Source: Thraustochytrium aureum (Eukaryota). Taken from it: a DNA stretch of 50,323 bases. The notes under the pieces are model-generated. The model searched no databases. It saw only the letters and a program-made list of their open reading frames with translations, and was not told the origin of the DNA. Where the stretch lies: positions 33,949 through 84,271 of the forward strand of contig BLSG01000168.1 of assembly GCA_012862495.1 (NCBI GenBank), in the 5' to 3' direction. The position numbers and the translations under genes are program-made. Positions 1 through 10,225 of this stretch are shown piece after piece; positions within the stretch are counted from its first letter, which is position 1, and each line of letters begins with the position of its first letter.

Positions 1-111
1 GGAGGCCGTGCGGTCTCGCGCTGCTGCGGCCTCCACAGCCGCTCCACTCTGGTCAAGAGCCGTGTAGGTAGGGTTTTGGCGGCGGCGTCGCTCGGGCTCC
101 GCAGGCTCCAT
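1..111 (-). CDS. Possible 5' end of a gene running off the left edge (MEPAEPERRRRQNPTYTALDQSGAAVEAAAARDRTAS...)
   Basis: ATG at 111-109 on the minus strand opens a stop-free frame to the window edge. No homology recognised. Confidence 0.3.
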   Translation of the reverse strand, partial: MEPAEPERRRRQNPTYTALDQSGAAVEAAAARDRTAS

Positions 112-122
112 CCTGGATGCGG

Positions 123-222
123 GAGGGCCGCCGAGAGGGCCGCCGGGATGTCCGCCGAGACGTCCGCCGAGAGGGCCGCCGAGAGGGCCGCCGAGAGGGC
201 CGCCGAGAGGGCCGCCGAGAGG
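123..222. repeat. 12-bp minisatellite (GAGGGCCGCCGA), 8 copies, three of them variant
   Basis: Units start at 123, 135, 147, 159, 171, 183, 195 and 207. They explain the RRPS/RREG low-complexity ORFs. Confidence 0.95.
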
Positions 223-685
223 TCCTGATTGGGTTTGTCTCTGGGGTTTGCGGATGCAAGCGAGAAAAGTGGCTGGGCTCCGGGCTCGAGCCCTTGCCGT
301 CGTGCAGTGACCTGGGACACACTACTGGCCAGTGCCAGCCAGCCGCCTCGGGCCCACTTCTCAAGTGCACGCCACACGCGAGCTTGTTCAACAGGACCGC
401 TCGCGTGCTGTCGTTCGGCCGTTGCGTTTCAACTTTGAAGCGACGGCCCAGGGAGGACAGAGAGGTGCGCAGCAGCTTTTTTCAGAACAGCTTTTTTCAG
501 CTTCCACTTTGCATTCCACTTCGCAGCGAGGCAAGTTGGCACTTGCGCGGCGCCAGCGCGGCGCCAGCAGGCCCAGGTGCGGCGATCTTGGCAGGGCCTG
601 CGCAGGAACACCGCCCGCACTGATCTGCAGGGTTGCAGAAGGGCCCTAGTATGGTTTTTGTAAAATCTCTAGCTAGAGTCACAGC

Positions 686-997
686 TCACTCGTCATCCTC
701 GGCCGGCGCAACCTCCAGAGCGACCAAGTCGCGTTGGCCCTTGTAGTGCATCTCGTCCATTGTCGCGATGAACAAGAAGGTAGGGAACGCCACGATGCCG
801 AAGAGGAAGGTGGTGAAGGCGGACCTGTGGGCATTGAATGCACGCGAGTTAGCGGGCGTCCGTTTCGCCAAGGCTAGCTCTCGCTAGCCAACCAGGGCGG
901 GCGTCCGCGAGCGCACGCGCCGCGGGCGGCCGGTGCGACACGCCAGCGCCACCCGCCGCACCGACACGAGCGAAACTCTACTTACCCGTCAAACTTG
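686..997 (-). CDS. Small single-pass membrane protein, spliced; 5' end in the N gap
   Basis: Donor G|GTAAGT at 985 and acceptor CTAG| at 874 join in frame to give ...SLTALAKRTPANSRAFNAHRSAFTTFLFGIVAFPTFLFIATMDEMHYKGQRDLVALEVAPAEDDE*. It has one hydrophobic segment and an acidic tail. Confidence 0.5.
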
Positions 998-1165
998 NNN
1001 NNNNNNNNNNNNNNNNNNNNNNNNNNNNNNNNNNNNNNNNNNNNNNNNNNNNNNNNNNNNNNNNNNNNNNNNNNNNNNNNNNNNNNNNNNNNNNNNNNNN
1101 NNNNNNNNNNNNNNNNNNNNNNNNNNNNNNNNNNNNNNNNNNNNNNNNNNNNNNNNNNNNNNNNN

Positions 1166-1516
1166 NGCTGGCCTCTGCGCAGCACGGGGCCAGCAGCGCG
1201 GCGCAATGGGGCGCCCACGGAGGCCAACCCGCGCAGCATTGTCAAGGTGCGCGTGTTCGTGCGTGCGCGTCCGGAGCTGGGGCGGCAGAGGCGCGTCGCT
1301 GGGCGGAAGCGCAGAGGGGTCAGACCGTTCGTTCGCTGGCCCTGTCCTCTCGCGCGCTGGGTCGGCGGAAGCCCTACTGCGCTGCCTGTCCGTGTCTGCC
1401 TGACCAGCCAGCGCGCGCAGGTGTTAACAAACGCACAGAACAAGCGAACGAAGCACGGAAAGAATAAAAGAATATCTCGAGGAAGGAACACAGGGAAGGC
1501 CAAAGAATACCTCTGA
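1166..1516 (+). CDS. Small basic protein, probably spliced; 5' end in the N gap
   Basis: Donor AAG|GTGCGC at 1247, branch CTGAC at 1400 and acceptor GCAG| at 1420 give ...NGAPTEANPRSIVK/VLTNAQNKRTKHGKNKRISRGRNTGKAKEYL*. Confidence 0.4.
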   Translation, partial: XWPLRSTGPAARRNGAPTEANPRSIVKVRVFVRARPELGRQRRVAGRKRRGVRPFVRWPCPLARWVGGSPTALPVRVCLTSQRAQVLTNAQNKRTKHGKNKRISRGRNTGKAKEYL

Positions 1517-1565
1517 AAGTCATGAGCGAACGCAGAGAATCACGCAAGGGCCACAGGGAGGCTGT

Positions 1566-1619
1566 GAGGCAAGCGAGGCAAGCGAGGCAAGCGAGGCAAG
1601 CGAGGCAAGTGAGGCAAGT
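1566..1619. repeat. 9-bp tandem repeat (GAGGCAAGY), 6 copies
   Basis: Directly visible; explains the ARQARQ/LACLAC ORFs. Confidence 0.95.
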
Positions 1620-2354
1620 ATGCATTGGGCTCTTGAGCGGGCGGGCAGGGGGAGGGTGGGGGTGTGCGCCCTCTGCGCGGGTCGTGTTCTGGAACTTCTG
1701 GTGCTCTGTGTGCTGGCTTTGTTAGGGTACATTCCGCTGGGAGAGTGCGCGTGCCAAATTCCTTCCGCGTGCGTGAGGAGGCGGAAACTGCACTGCCATC
1801 ACGATGTGCTCTGTAGTAGGAGCAGTAGGAGCAGTGGGTAATCCTTCTTCATGTGTTGCGTGACTCTGCGGCACAGCAGTGTGTCTGCCCTTACGAGCAG
1901 GTGAGTCACGCAACTGCATCCCTCTCTCCTCCTTTCTTCTACTGCCAGTGACTACATGCCAAGGCCGGCCTGCTTACACATGACACGTCTGCCAGTGCGA
2001 GAGGAAGGGTCCGCTCCTGTCCGTGCTGCCCGTGGGTATCGTTTCTCCTCCTTGGGTTTTGCTCGCTCGTGATGCTCGCTCAACCCTCTCGCTGCAATCG
2101 CCAGCAGACCAGCGACGACGCGGCGCAGAACAACGGTCCCGCCGCAGGACAGACTGGCTCAGGCAGACAAGGCGACCGACCGACCGACCGACCGACGCGC
2201 CAGCGACTGGCAGCCAGCACGGGCAGAACGGACTCGCCTGCTCTGACCGAAACGAACGTACTTTAACCAGGACTGGAATCCCCCACACGGGTCCGCGGGT
2301 TCGCACGCCTGCGCCAGCTGCCGAGAGCATCGGCCCGCCGCACCAGCCCATAGG

Positions 2355-3184
2355 ATGGGCAGAGACACTCGCAGCTCGTCCAAGCGGTCCTCCAGCAAAC
2401 GCTCAACCAACGCTCGCAGACGCGACAAGCGCGACGAGCAGAGCGTCAGCAGCGCCAGCAACGACGATGACATCAAGCAAAGACCAGCGGCGAGCATAGC
2501 CGTTCTACTCGACCGGTTTGCGCGGCTCGCCAACGAGGAGCAGCGCGCCGAAGAGCGCACACGCCGCGACACAATGACCAGCGGCGCGACGCTGGCGACG
2601 TTCGGCACCCGCAGCGTGCGAGGCGGGTCCATGAACGAGTCCCACGATGCCGTTATCAAGGTCGAGCTCTTGCGCAAGCAGGGCGGTAAGGTGAAAAGCT
2701 GGCACACCAGGTACTTTGTGCTGAAGCGGAGCGGCCTCGTATACTACAAGGACCAGGCCGCGTTTTCCGCCAATACTCCTCTGAACCGCATCAAGTTTGT
2801 GGACATGCAGTCGCTCAGCAGCAACGACAAGGTCGCCGAGGAGCTCCCTCTGGGTATGTACCGCCTGCTCGCAATCAAGTTTGTATTTTGCGTCCACACC
2901 GACACGAGGACCTACATCATCGGCACGACCTCGCGCGAGTCGCAGCTCGACTGGGTCAAACAAATAAACAAGGCTTACCACGACTTTCACCGGGACATGG
3001 TGTCCAAAAACGCTCTCCTTAACGAGGTCTGGCGTCTGGGGGGAAGCGAGGAGATCTACGCCACGGCGAACGAACTCACAAAGTCAGGCACGGAGATATC
3101 AGAAGTTGTCGACAAGCTGTTCGAGATCATGACCGACGACTTTGCAGACAAGGTTGCGACGCGCCGCAACATCAAGCTCGCTCG
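2355..3184 (+). CDS. PH-domain protein; 3' end lost in the N gap 3185-3400
   Basis: VIKVELLRKQGGKVKSWHTRYFVLKRSGLVYYKD...FCVHTDTRTYIIGTTSRESQLDWVKQI matches the PH-domain beta1-beta2 motif and the Trp-containing terminal helix. Confidence 0.85.
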
Positions 3185-4125
3185 NNNNNNNNNNNNNNNN
3201 NNNNNNNNNNNNNNNNNNNNNNNNNNNNNNNNNNNNNNNNNNNNNNNNNNNNNNNNNNNNNNNNNNNNNNNNNNNNNNNNNNNNNNNNNNNNNNNNNNNN
3301 NNNNNNNNNNNNNNNNNNNNNNNNNNNNNNNNNNNNNNNNNNNNNNNNNNNNNNNNNNNNNNNNNNNNNNNNNNNNNNNNNNNNNNNNNNNNNNNNNNNN
3401 GCCTTCCCAGAGGTGAACCAACGTTCATTCTTCAAAGGAAACAGGCTGAGCCGCCGCCTACCGAGCTTCGGGCTTGGCCGCAAATAGGGTTGCTATTGAG
3501 TTGGCTGTAGGCAACTGCTCGAGCGCTCTTTTCCCGCGGCCGGCGCTACGCTGCACGACCGGCAGACCTCTGCTTGTTTCGCACCACCCCGCGCGACGGC
3601 GGGCCCGTTGGGCGGGCCCGCTCGGTTTTGGCGGCTTGATACTCGCCAAGCGGAATATGCATGTGGCGCTGCGGCAACGCTGCGTTGCCCAGCTCTGTTG
3701 AAACAGTCACAGCAGACGGCTGCGCCTTGAGACAGTGCGGCTCTTGGTGGTAGATGGTGAGATTCGTGTAGGCTGACGCGGCTTACACCACGCGCGTCTT
3801 GAGGGTCGAAAACGTACTTTTCAATCAAAACTGAGAAGCAATTGGTCTGAGTTTTTAGTTGTACAGACAGCATGGCGCCGACACCCCACAACGGGCGCAC
3901 GCCCGCACGATCATCGACTCCCACAATTAGGCCGCCCAATGTACTGCAGCCGCTCCCTGAAGTAGTGCACGACGGACAATCCAGAGTTGCGGTATGTTGT
4001 TGAGCTGAGCTGGCTGCAAAAATAATTTGAGATCTTCCGAGCTCCCCTGCAAGCTCTCGCGGCCAACCGAGGCAAGCCCGCGGGGCTTGCCCTCCTCTCG
4101 TTGAACTTGTTGAGCCGCTTCGCTT

Positions 4126-7100
4126 TCAGTCGCGGTACGATTCGCCGCCTTCGTCAGACTCGGGCAAACTGTTTGCATCACTCTCGTCGTCACTGCCAAA
4201 CTCTGACGGTGTAGCGGGCCCCTCTGGAAGCCACGCGGACTGCCCCAACTCGGAGCCGACACCATCTCCGCTGAAGGAGCGCTGTGGGTCTACTGCTGGC
4301 CCTGCGCCGGCGGGCAGTGGTTGGGCCACGCTATCCCTGGCAGCTATCGCCTCCATGGCAGCCTGTGCCGTGGCGAAAGTGCCCAGGAACCGGTGCTTGC
4401 CGAGCGCGTCGACGTGGTGAGCATCAAACCTGCCGTCCACGCGGGACTCGACAACGGATTGCGGGCGTGGCGCCCACGGATTGGCGTCCTCGACCATGTC
4501 GCCCTTGCGGAGACGTTCGGCCTGCTCAAGCACGGAAACTGCCTTGTTGCATTGCTCGGTCTGGCGGTAGATCTCCCCCTGTATGGCGTTCATCCGATCC
4601 AGTCGTTCCTCCACGCGTCGCACCGACCGCTCGAACTGCAAGCAGTGCACGAGAAATAGGGACTGAACAACGTCGCCGGACTGCAGGTCCCTGACCCACT
4701 TGTCGCGTGTGCTCGGGTCAAAACTGCCTCCCGGTCGTACCAAAGGCAGCTCATCGTCTTCGAGCTGAAACGAGCTGCGGCCCTCGCGAAGCGCGATGTA
4801 CTGGTCCTGGAAGAGCATCACAGCATCAGGGATGCGCGAGAGCCGCGTTTGGTAGAGCGACATGAGCTCGAAGGTGACCTCGTCGACGCGCGACTCTGAA
4901 CTAATCACATCAGCAATGATCGCCCGCACCTCGGTGTAGGACAAGAGGTTTCGGAAGCGCGTTTCCGGGGCCGTTTCCAGCCTGCTCACGACCAAGTTTT
5001 TCTCCTTGAATCGGAAGAGGTCCGATGCAGCCTTTATCTGGCGCTGTATCCATGTCTCGTTTCGCACATCGCGGCTCCGACGCAATGTTTCCTTCTGCTC
5101 GCTGCGCAAATTCTCGTCTTCGACCACGGCTTGCGACACCTTCTGGTACCCCAAGGAGAAGGATAGCTTGGAACATGTTGGTGATGAGAATGCTGACCAG
5201 CAGGACGAAAGCGAGCGCGAAAACGAGGGCGTGCGCCGGGAAAAGGGTAAACTGGACGTCGCCCACATGAAAGACCTCAAAGCTGAGCTGGTATTGGGAC
5301 AGCGAGCGTTTGAGCAGGGCGCCCACCTGCAGACCCGCGCCGCCTGGGCCGGGCTCGAGCTGGATGGGCAAGATGGGCTGGCTGAAGACTTGAACTGTGA
5401 AGAGGAGCACGCTCTCAAGCGCGGCAGCGAAGAGCGAAAACTGCGGAGAGTACCACCCGTAGGCGAAGTACAAGAAGCACACAAAGGCGCTGATCACCAC
5501 AACGGCGAACACAAACCAACCCGCTAGTCGCACTCGACTCTCCACAAATGTGGTGAGCGCGATGCTGAACCGCTTGTTGAGGTCGACGTACTTGAAAAAC
5601 TTGAGAAAGCACACGATGAGCGACACGCCAGACAGGGTTCGCAGCAGCAGCGCTTCCCCAGTAACGGCCCAGAAGATTTCTGAATACACGGCTCGCTGTG
5701 TGGTCATCAAGAGGGTAGCGGCGTCGGCGACCTGCCGCATCGCGCCGCGCACAGACATGCTGAGCGCGACCGACGCCAACACCAGCGAAAGGTTGATGAT
5801 GTCGTACGTGATCCAGCTGAACACCGCGCCAGCTAGTGAGCTCCGCTTTGCCACGCTGAACAAGCTGTAGAGAAAGTACAAGATGAGGAGCGAGCTGAGA
5901 AGGACGAGAGTGACCTCCATCCCCCGCGCGTACTCCTCCTCCTCGGGTGGGTTGGTGAACGCGCGCGTCTCCTGCATGGTCCTGATGAGGCCGAACGGCG
6001 AAACTTCGACCAAGAATCGCTGCGTCACAAAGAGGTCCAGGTTGGAACTGTAAAGCGTAAACGTGATAATCAGGGCCACTGTCCCGCTGTTGATCCAGTT
6101 CTCCGCGACTATTTCGGCCATGGCCCTCTCCGCTGCGGCATGCGACCCGCCCTGAACGTCGATCACATAGCCGCTCCCCGGGTACGAGCCCAAGTACCCC
6201 TGGTACTTGGCGTTCGGATCTGAAATTTCAGCAGAATCCAGCTTGATCACCTCGCCTGTGGTCGTCACAGGCTGGGCGACCGCAAGCTCGGCCGCAGAGC
6301 TGTAACTGTACTCGGTGCCGTTCGCCCCCACGAAAGGGCCAGTGAACTCGGTCGCATCCGAGAAGGGCTGCGAGCACAACCCCGCAAGGTCCTGGCGGGA
6401 CCCTGCGGCAGCCGTGGTCCCAGCCATCTCGCTCGGGGCGCATGGGGCTTGATTTACGCGAACCTGGCGCAATCGAACTGCCCCGATGGGGACGAATGAG
6501 CCGTCTGGCATGACCCGAGGCAACGTCCCACCCCCCAACTCGGGTTTCACAACGAGCGTCTCAGGGTTTGCGGGGAAAAGGTCAGAGCCCAGCAGCAAAA
6601 GCTCGAGCCAGCTGTAAAGCTCCGAGAAGCTTCCAGTGGAGGCGAAGGTGCCTGGCGAGGAAGCCAACACGCACGGTACATACGTCACCCCTGGAAGGCG
6701 CAAGTCGACCTCGTCCTCAGGCAGAATTGAGCCCTCACCGTCGAAAAATGGCACCGCACAAACAAGGCTGGCGACCAAGTCCATCGCTTCAGGCTGCGCG
6801 TTCGTGCTCGCACTGGTTGGTGCGCTCGTTGGTGCCGAGCTGCTTGATTGCAGCCAGCGCCCGCCTGAAAAGGCAGCAGGCGCGCGCGCAGGCCCGAACG
6901 CGTTGTTCTGGGCGTCACGTATTGCGGAGGAGATGTTGGGGCTAAAGTAGACCAAGGTGTCTTGGTAAGTCTTGGTGACAAAAGCTTGCTGGAAAGTCTC
7001 CGTCAACACGAAACCGGACGGTCGCACTAGCACCCCGACCAGGTAAAGGCAGTACAGAATAACCAGCACCGTGTACACGAAGAGCTCGCACAGCAGCGAG

Positions 7101-7429
7101 CGACGTCGCCGCGCGCGAGAGAGCATGCGGATCGCAAGTTCGACATCAAGGTATCGGTCGCGGAACTGCGGTGGCTCTGTGCTGTCGTTGAAGCGCAATT
7201 CGTACTCACGGCGCTCCTTTTCTGACTCTGCTTGGGCGCGCGAGCTGATTCTAGGCGGATCAAACTTGCTCGTTTCCTGGTCGTCCGCAAGCGCCCTTTG
7301 CTGTCTTGCTCTCGTCTCGGTTGAGGAGGTGGTCCTGGGCGCCTCGAGGCCGTCCACAAGGAGGGCGACAGTCGAGGGAGCGAGCGGAGGACCGCCCGGG
7401 GCTTGTTCGCTCTCGTGTGCCCCCAGCAT
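4126..7429 (-). CDS. PKD2: Polycystin-2 (PKD2/TRPP)-like cation channel, with one apparent frameshift at 5149-5152
   Basis: TM1 (ELFVYTVLVILYCLYLV); TOP-domain motifs IGAVRLRQVRV, SYPGSGYVIDV and NWINSGTVALIITFTLYSSNLDLF; S2-S6 helices with FLKFFKYV and ILITNMFQAIL. Removing one G from a GGGG run gives NMFQAILLLGYQKV and joins ORF 4910..7699 to ORF 4126..5484. The start ATG at 7429 is inferred. Confidence 0.85.
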
Positions 7430-7501
7430 CTTGCGCGCCCGGGGACCGTTGCCTCGCCCGTCCCCCTCGCACGCAGCTCGCTCGCACGCCGGCCAGCGCG
7501 G

Positions 7502-7537
7502 CGGTTTGGAGTGTCGGTTTGGAGTGCCGGTTTGGCG
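7502..7537. repeat. 13-bp tandem repeat CGGTTTGGAGTGY, about 2.7 copies, between the divergent PKD2-like and TRAPPC2L genes
   Basis: Copies start at 7502, 7515 and 7528. Confidence 0.85.
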
Positions 7538-7790
7538 GACGGGAGCCAGCGGCCAGAGAGTTCCTCCGGCGAAGGCGGCGCGCGGCGGGCGTGGGCCTCC
7601 TTCCTGCAGGCCCCGGCAGCAGCCGCAGCTGTCGACTCCGCGCCTGCGCAAGCGTCCCTCCCGAGGCGGCCTGAGTCCAACAAGCGCGCTTCTCTTCAAC
7701 GAACGCAGGAGCAGTACTGCGGACGTACTGTTCGCTCACGGAGGAGCAGCAGAGCGACGTGCGAGCGACCAGCAGAGCTGCGGGAGGGCG

Positions 7791-8448
7791 ATGGCGTCCG
7801 CATGCGTCGCTGCCGTGGCCTTCGTGGACCCGCAGGTGAGTTGCGCGGCTCGCTCGCTGGCAGGCTAGGCTGCTGCACACCCAAGTTGCTGACTGCGCGG
7901 GTGCGAGGCGTGCAGGACGCCCCACTGTTCGTCAAGCGGTTTGACGGCGACGACTCGCTGGACCTGCTGTTCGTGGTCCACAGCGCGCTTGACGTGTTCG
8001 AGGAGTCCCAGCACACGAGCCGGCGCGCCTCGCGCAAGCCGTACTTGGGCCTCTTGTCGCTGTGCGATGGGTTTGCCGTGTATGGGCACTTGTCCAACAC
8101 GCTGGTCAAGGTCATCGTCGTTTTGGATGCGCAGCAGAGCGCGTACGCTGTGCCGAACGACACGCTGATGGAGGCACTGCTGACGGTAAGTTGCATGGTC
8201 TGAAAGCGCGCAGGAGGCTGCCAGCCGGAGCCGGCCCTGACGCAGTGACGCGACAATGGCAGACACTCTATCATGCCTACGTCGAGGCAGTCTCCAACCC
8301 CTTCTTGGAGGTTGGCAGCGCATTGCAACTGGAAAATGTGCGGCTGGACGACCCCGACACAGCGAGGCAGGCAAGGTACCCAGACCTGCTCAAGTCATTT
8401 GATGCTAAAGTGCAGCGTCTCGTGGAGGGCGCACAGCTCGGAGCCTGA
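7791..8448 (+). CDS. TRAPPC2L: Trafficking protein particle complex subunit 2-like (sedlin/longin family); exons 7791-7835, 7916-8185, 8263-8448
   Basis: Spliced product MASACVAAVAFVDPQ/DAPLFVKRF...FVVHSALDVFEE...YLGLL...AVYGHLSNTLVKVIVV.../TLYHAYVEAVSNPF. Both introns are GT-AG with CTGAC branch points. Confidence 0.9.
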
Positions 8449-8620
8449 CCAACCCAACCACGGCTACCCAGCAAGGCCCAACCCAAGGAGTCGCTGGGAT
8501 CCGGGTTTCGTCTTCCCGAAATCCTCCTTTCAACCGTAGAAGCTCGCGCAGTTGCGAGGTAGAGATATTTAGTGTGTACACGACATTCTATTTCCGGTTG
8601 TCGTCAACGCGAGATGCGGT

Positions 8621-10225
8621 TCAAGACGAGATTGCCGAGAGCGATGAAGGGCTGTCAGACCCAGCAGAGGAAGGCGAGTTGGACTTGCCGTCCGCGCCCT
8701 TCTTCTTCCCAAACACGACAGACGACAAAGGCACGACAGGGAGGTCGGGCCCTTTGCGCGGACCGCCACGAGCAGGCGGCGTCTTGAGCCCGCCGGTTGT
8801 TGTCTGTGGCGGCGCGTTCAGGCCGCCCCCCGCGTTGCGTCGTTTCTCCTTCTCGCCGTCCATGGTGTTGTTTTGCGTTTGCTGCGGTTGCTGCAGTTGG
8901 TGTTGCGCAATGAGTTGCTGGTGCTGCTTGTGCTGCTCCTCCAAGAGCTGGTTCCGCTTCAATATCTGCTCGAGGATTGCGAGCTCGACAGGTGTCGAAG
9001 CGAGGTTGGCGACGTTGGCGAGATCTCTGTTTTGCTGCTGCAGCGGGGCAGCGGAGCCAGCCTGCGCCAGCGCAGAGAGCAAGACCGAAGTCTGCCATTG
9101 CGAATTAGGCTGCTGCAGGAGCGTGGCAGTAGCTGCTGCAAGAATAGGGCTTGCGAGTCGCTTAGAGGCCTCTGACGCAGCACCAGACCCAACTCCTTCC
9201 CTGGTGGGGGAGAGAGATGACAAGTCGCGATGAGCGAGCGAAGCGCCGAGTCCGGCAAGGCCCTGGTTCTGGTACAAGCTGGCGCGCCTCGTCTGGTCTG
9301 CCTGAGCGTGCGCCAGGAGCCGCAGCGCCTCGTCGGGTGACAAAGTGCTCAGACCACGAGCGACAGCGGCGTTCGCGGCGTCCTGGAGCGCCAGCGCCGC
9401 GAGTGGGTTCATGGCCGAGTTCGCCATAGCCGACAAGCTGTTCTCCTTGCCGATGGCTGATGGGCGACGCTTTGGGCCGCCCTCCTCGTCCATGGCGAGA
9501 TCCTTGTCCTGGTGCACGGTCATGGCGTGGTTTTTGAGGTGGTGCTTGAGCGCAAAGCTCTTGTTGCAGACAAAGCAAACAAATTTCCGCTGTCCACGGT
9601 GGACAGTGTCGATGTGGCGCTTGAGCGACCCGTTGGCGGAGAACTTTTTGTTGCACTCTTCGCAGTGAAAGGTGCGCTACGTCATAGTTGCCGCGGTCAG
9701 CACAGGCAGACGAGAAGCAAGAGCGGCGCGAGCGGCCCAAGCAAGGGCTGGTTGACTTACCTTCTTCAGGTGCACGGTCTGAACGTGGTTCTGCAGGCCC
9801 TGTCTGGACGCAAAGTTTTTTTGGCACATGTTGCACTCGAATCCAACCCCCGTGTGCCGGATCGCGTCCTCGGATATCGCAGAGGATTGTCGCTTGGCGC
9901 CAGAAGGGCTTGCGACTTTCGCAGCTTCCTGCGGGCGGCGCTGCGCCGCGCTGCCGTTGCTGTGGTTGGCCTCGTGGTGTTCAAGCAAACTATCCACGCT
10001 GGGGAAGCCGGAGCCGCAAATAGCGCAAGGCACAGAGTTGGCCGACGCGACATTCGCGTTGTGGGCCTGGCTTGCCATGCTGAGCAGCTCGAGGGGGAAG
10101 AGCGCCTGGGTCGGGCCACTTGTGCCGCCGTCCCCGCGGCGTTTCTTGCGCTGCTGGTTGGTGGCGCCCTCCTCTGTGCCTGCCACGAGCGACCTGCTCG
10201 CCGGGCGTTTGCTGGCTCCGCTCAT
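8621..10225 (-). CDS. C2H2 zinc-finger protein (4 fingers) with Gln/Ala-rich C-terminus; intron 9677-9760; start uncertain
   Basis: Fingers CAICGSGFPSVDSLLEHHEANH, CNMCQKNFASRQGLQNHVQTVH, CEECNKKFSANGSLKRHIDTVH and CFVCNKSFALKHHLKNHAMTVH. An AAG|GTAAGT...TAG| intron joins ORFs 9677..10312 and 8621..9523. Confidence 0.88.

Noticed and set aside
123..222. Regular repeats as a possible CRISPR array or repeat protein
   Set aside because: The 12-bp units are contiguous with no spacers, there are no cas genes, and the context is eukaryotic.
1241..1275. KVRVFVRARP resembles the start of a kinesin motor domain
   Set aside because: No P-loop or switch motifs follow, the frame stops at 1516, and the motif straddles a likely intron donor.
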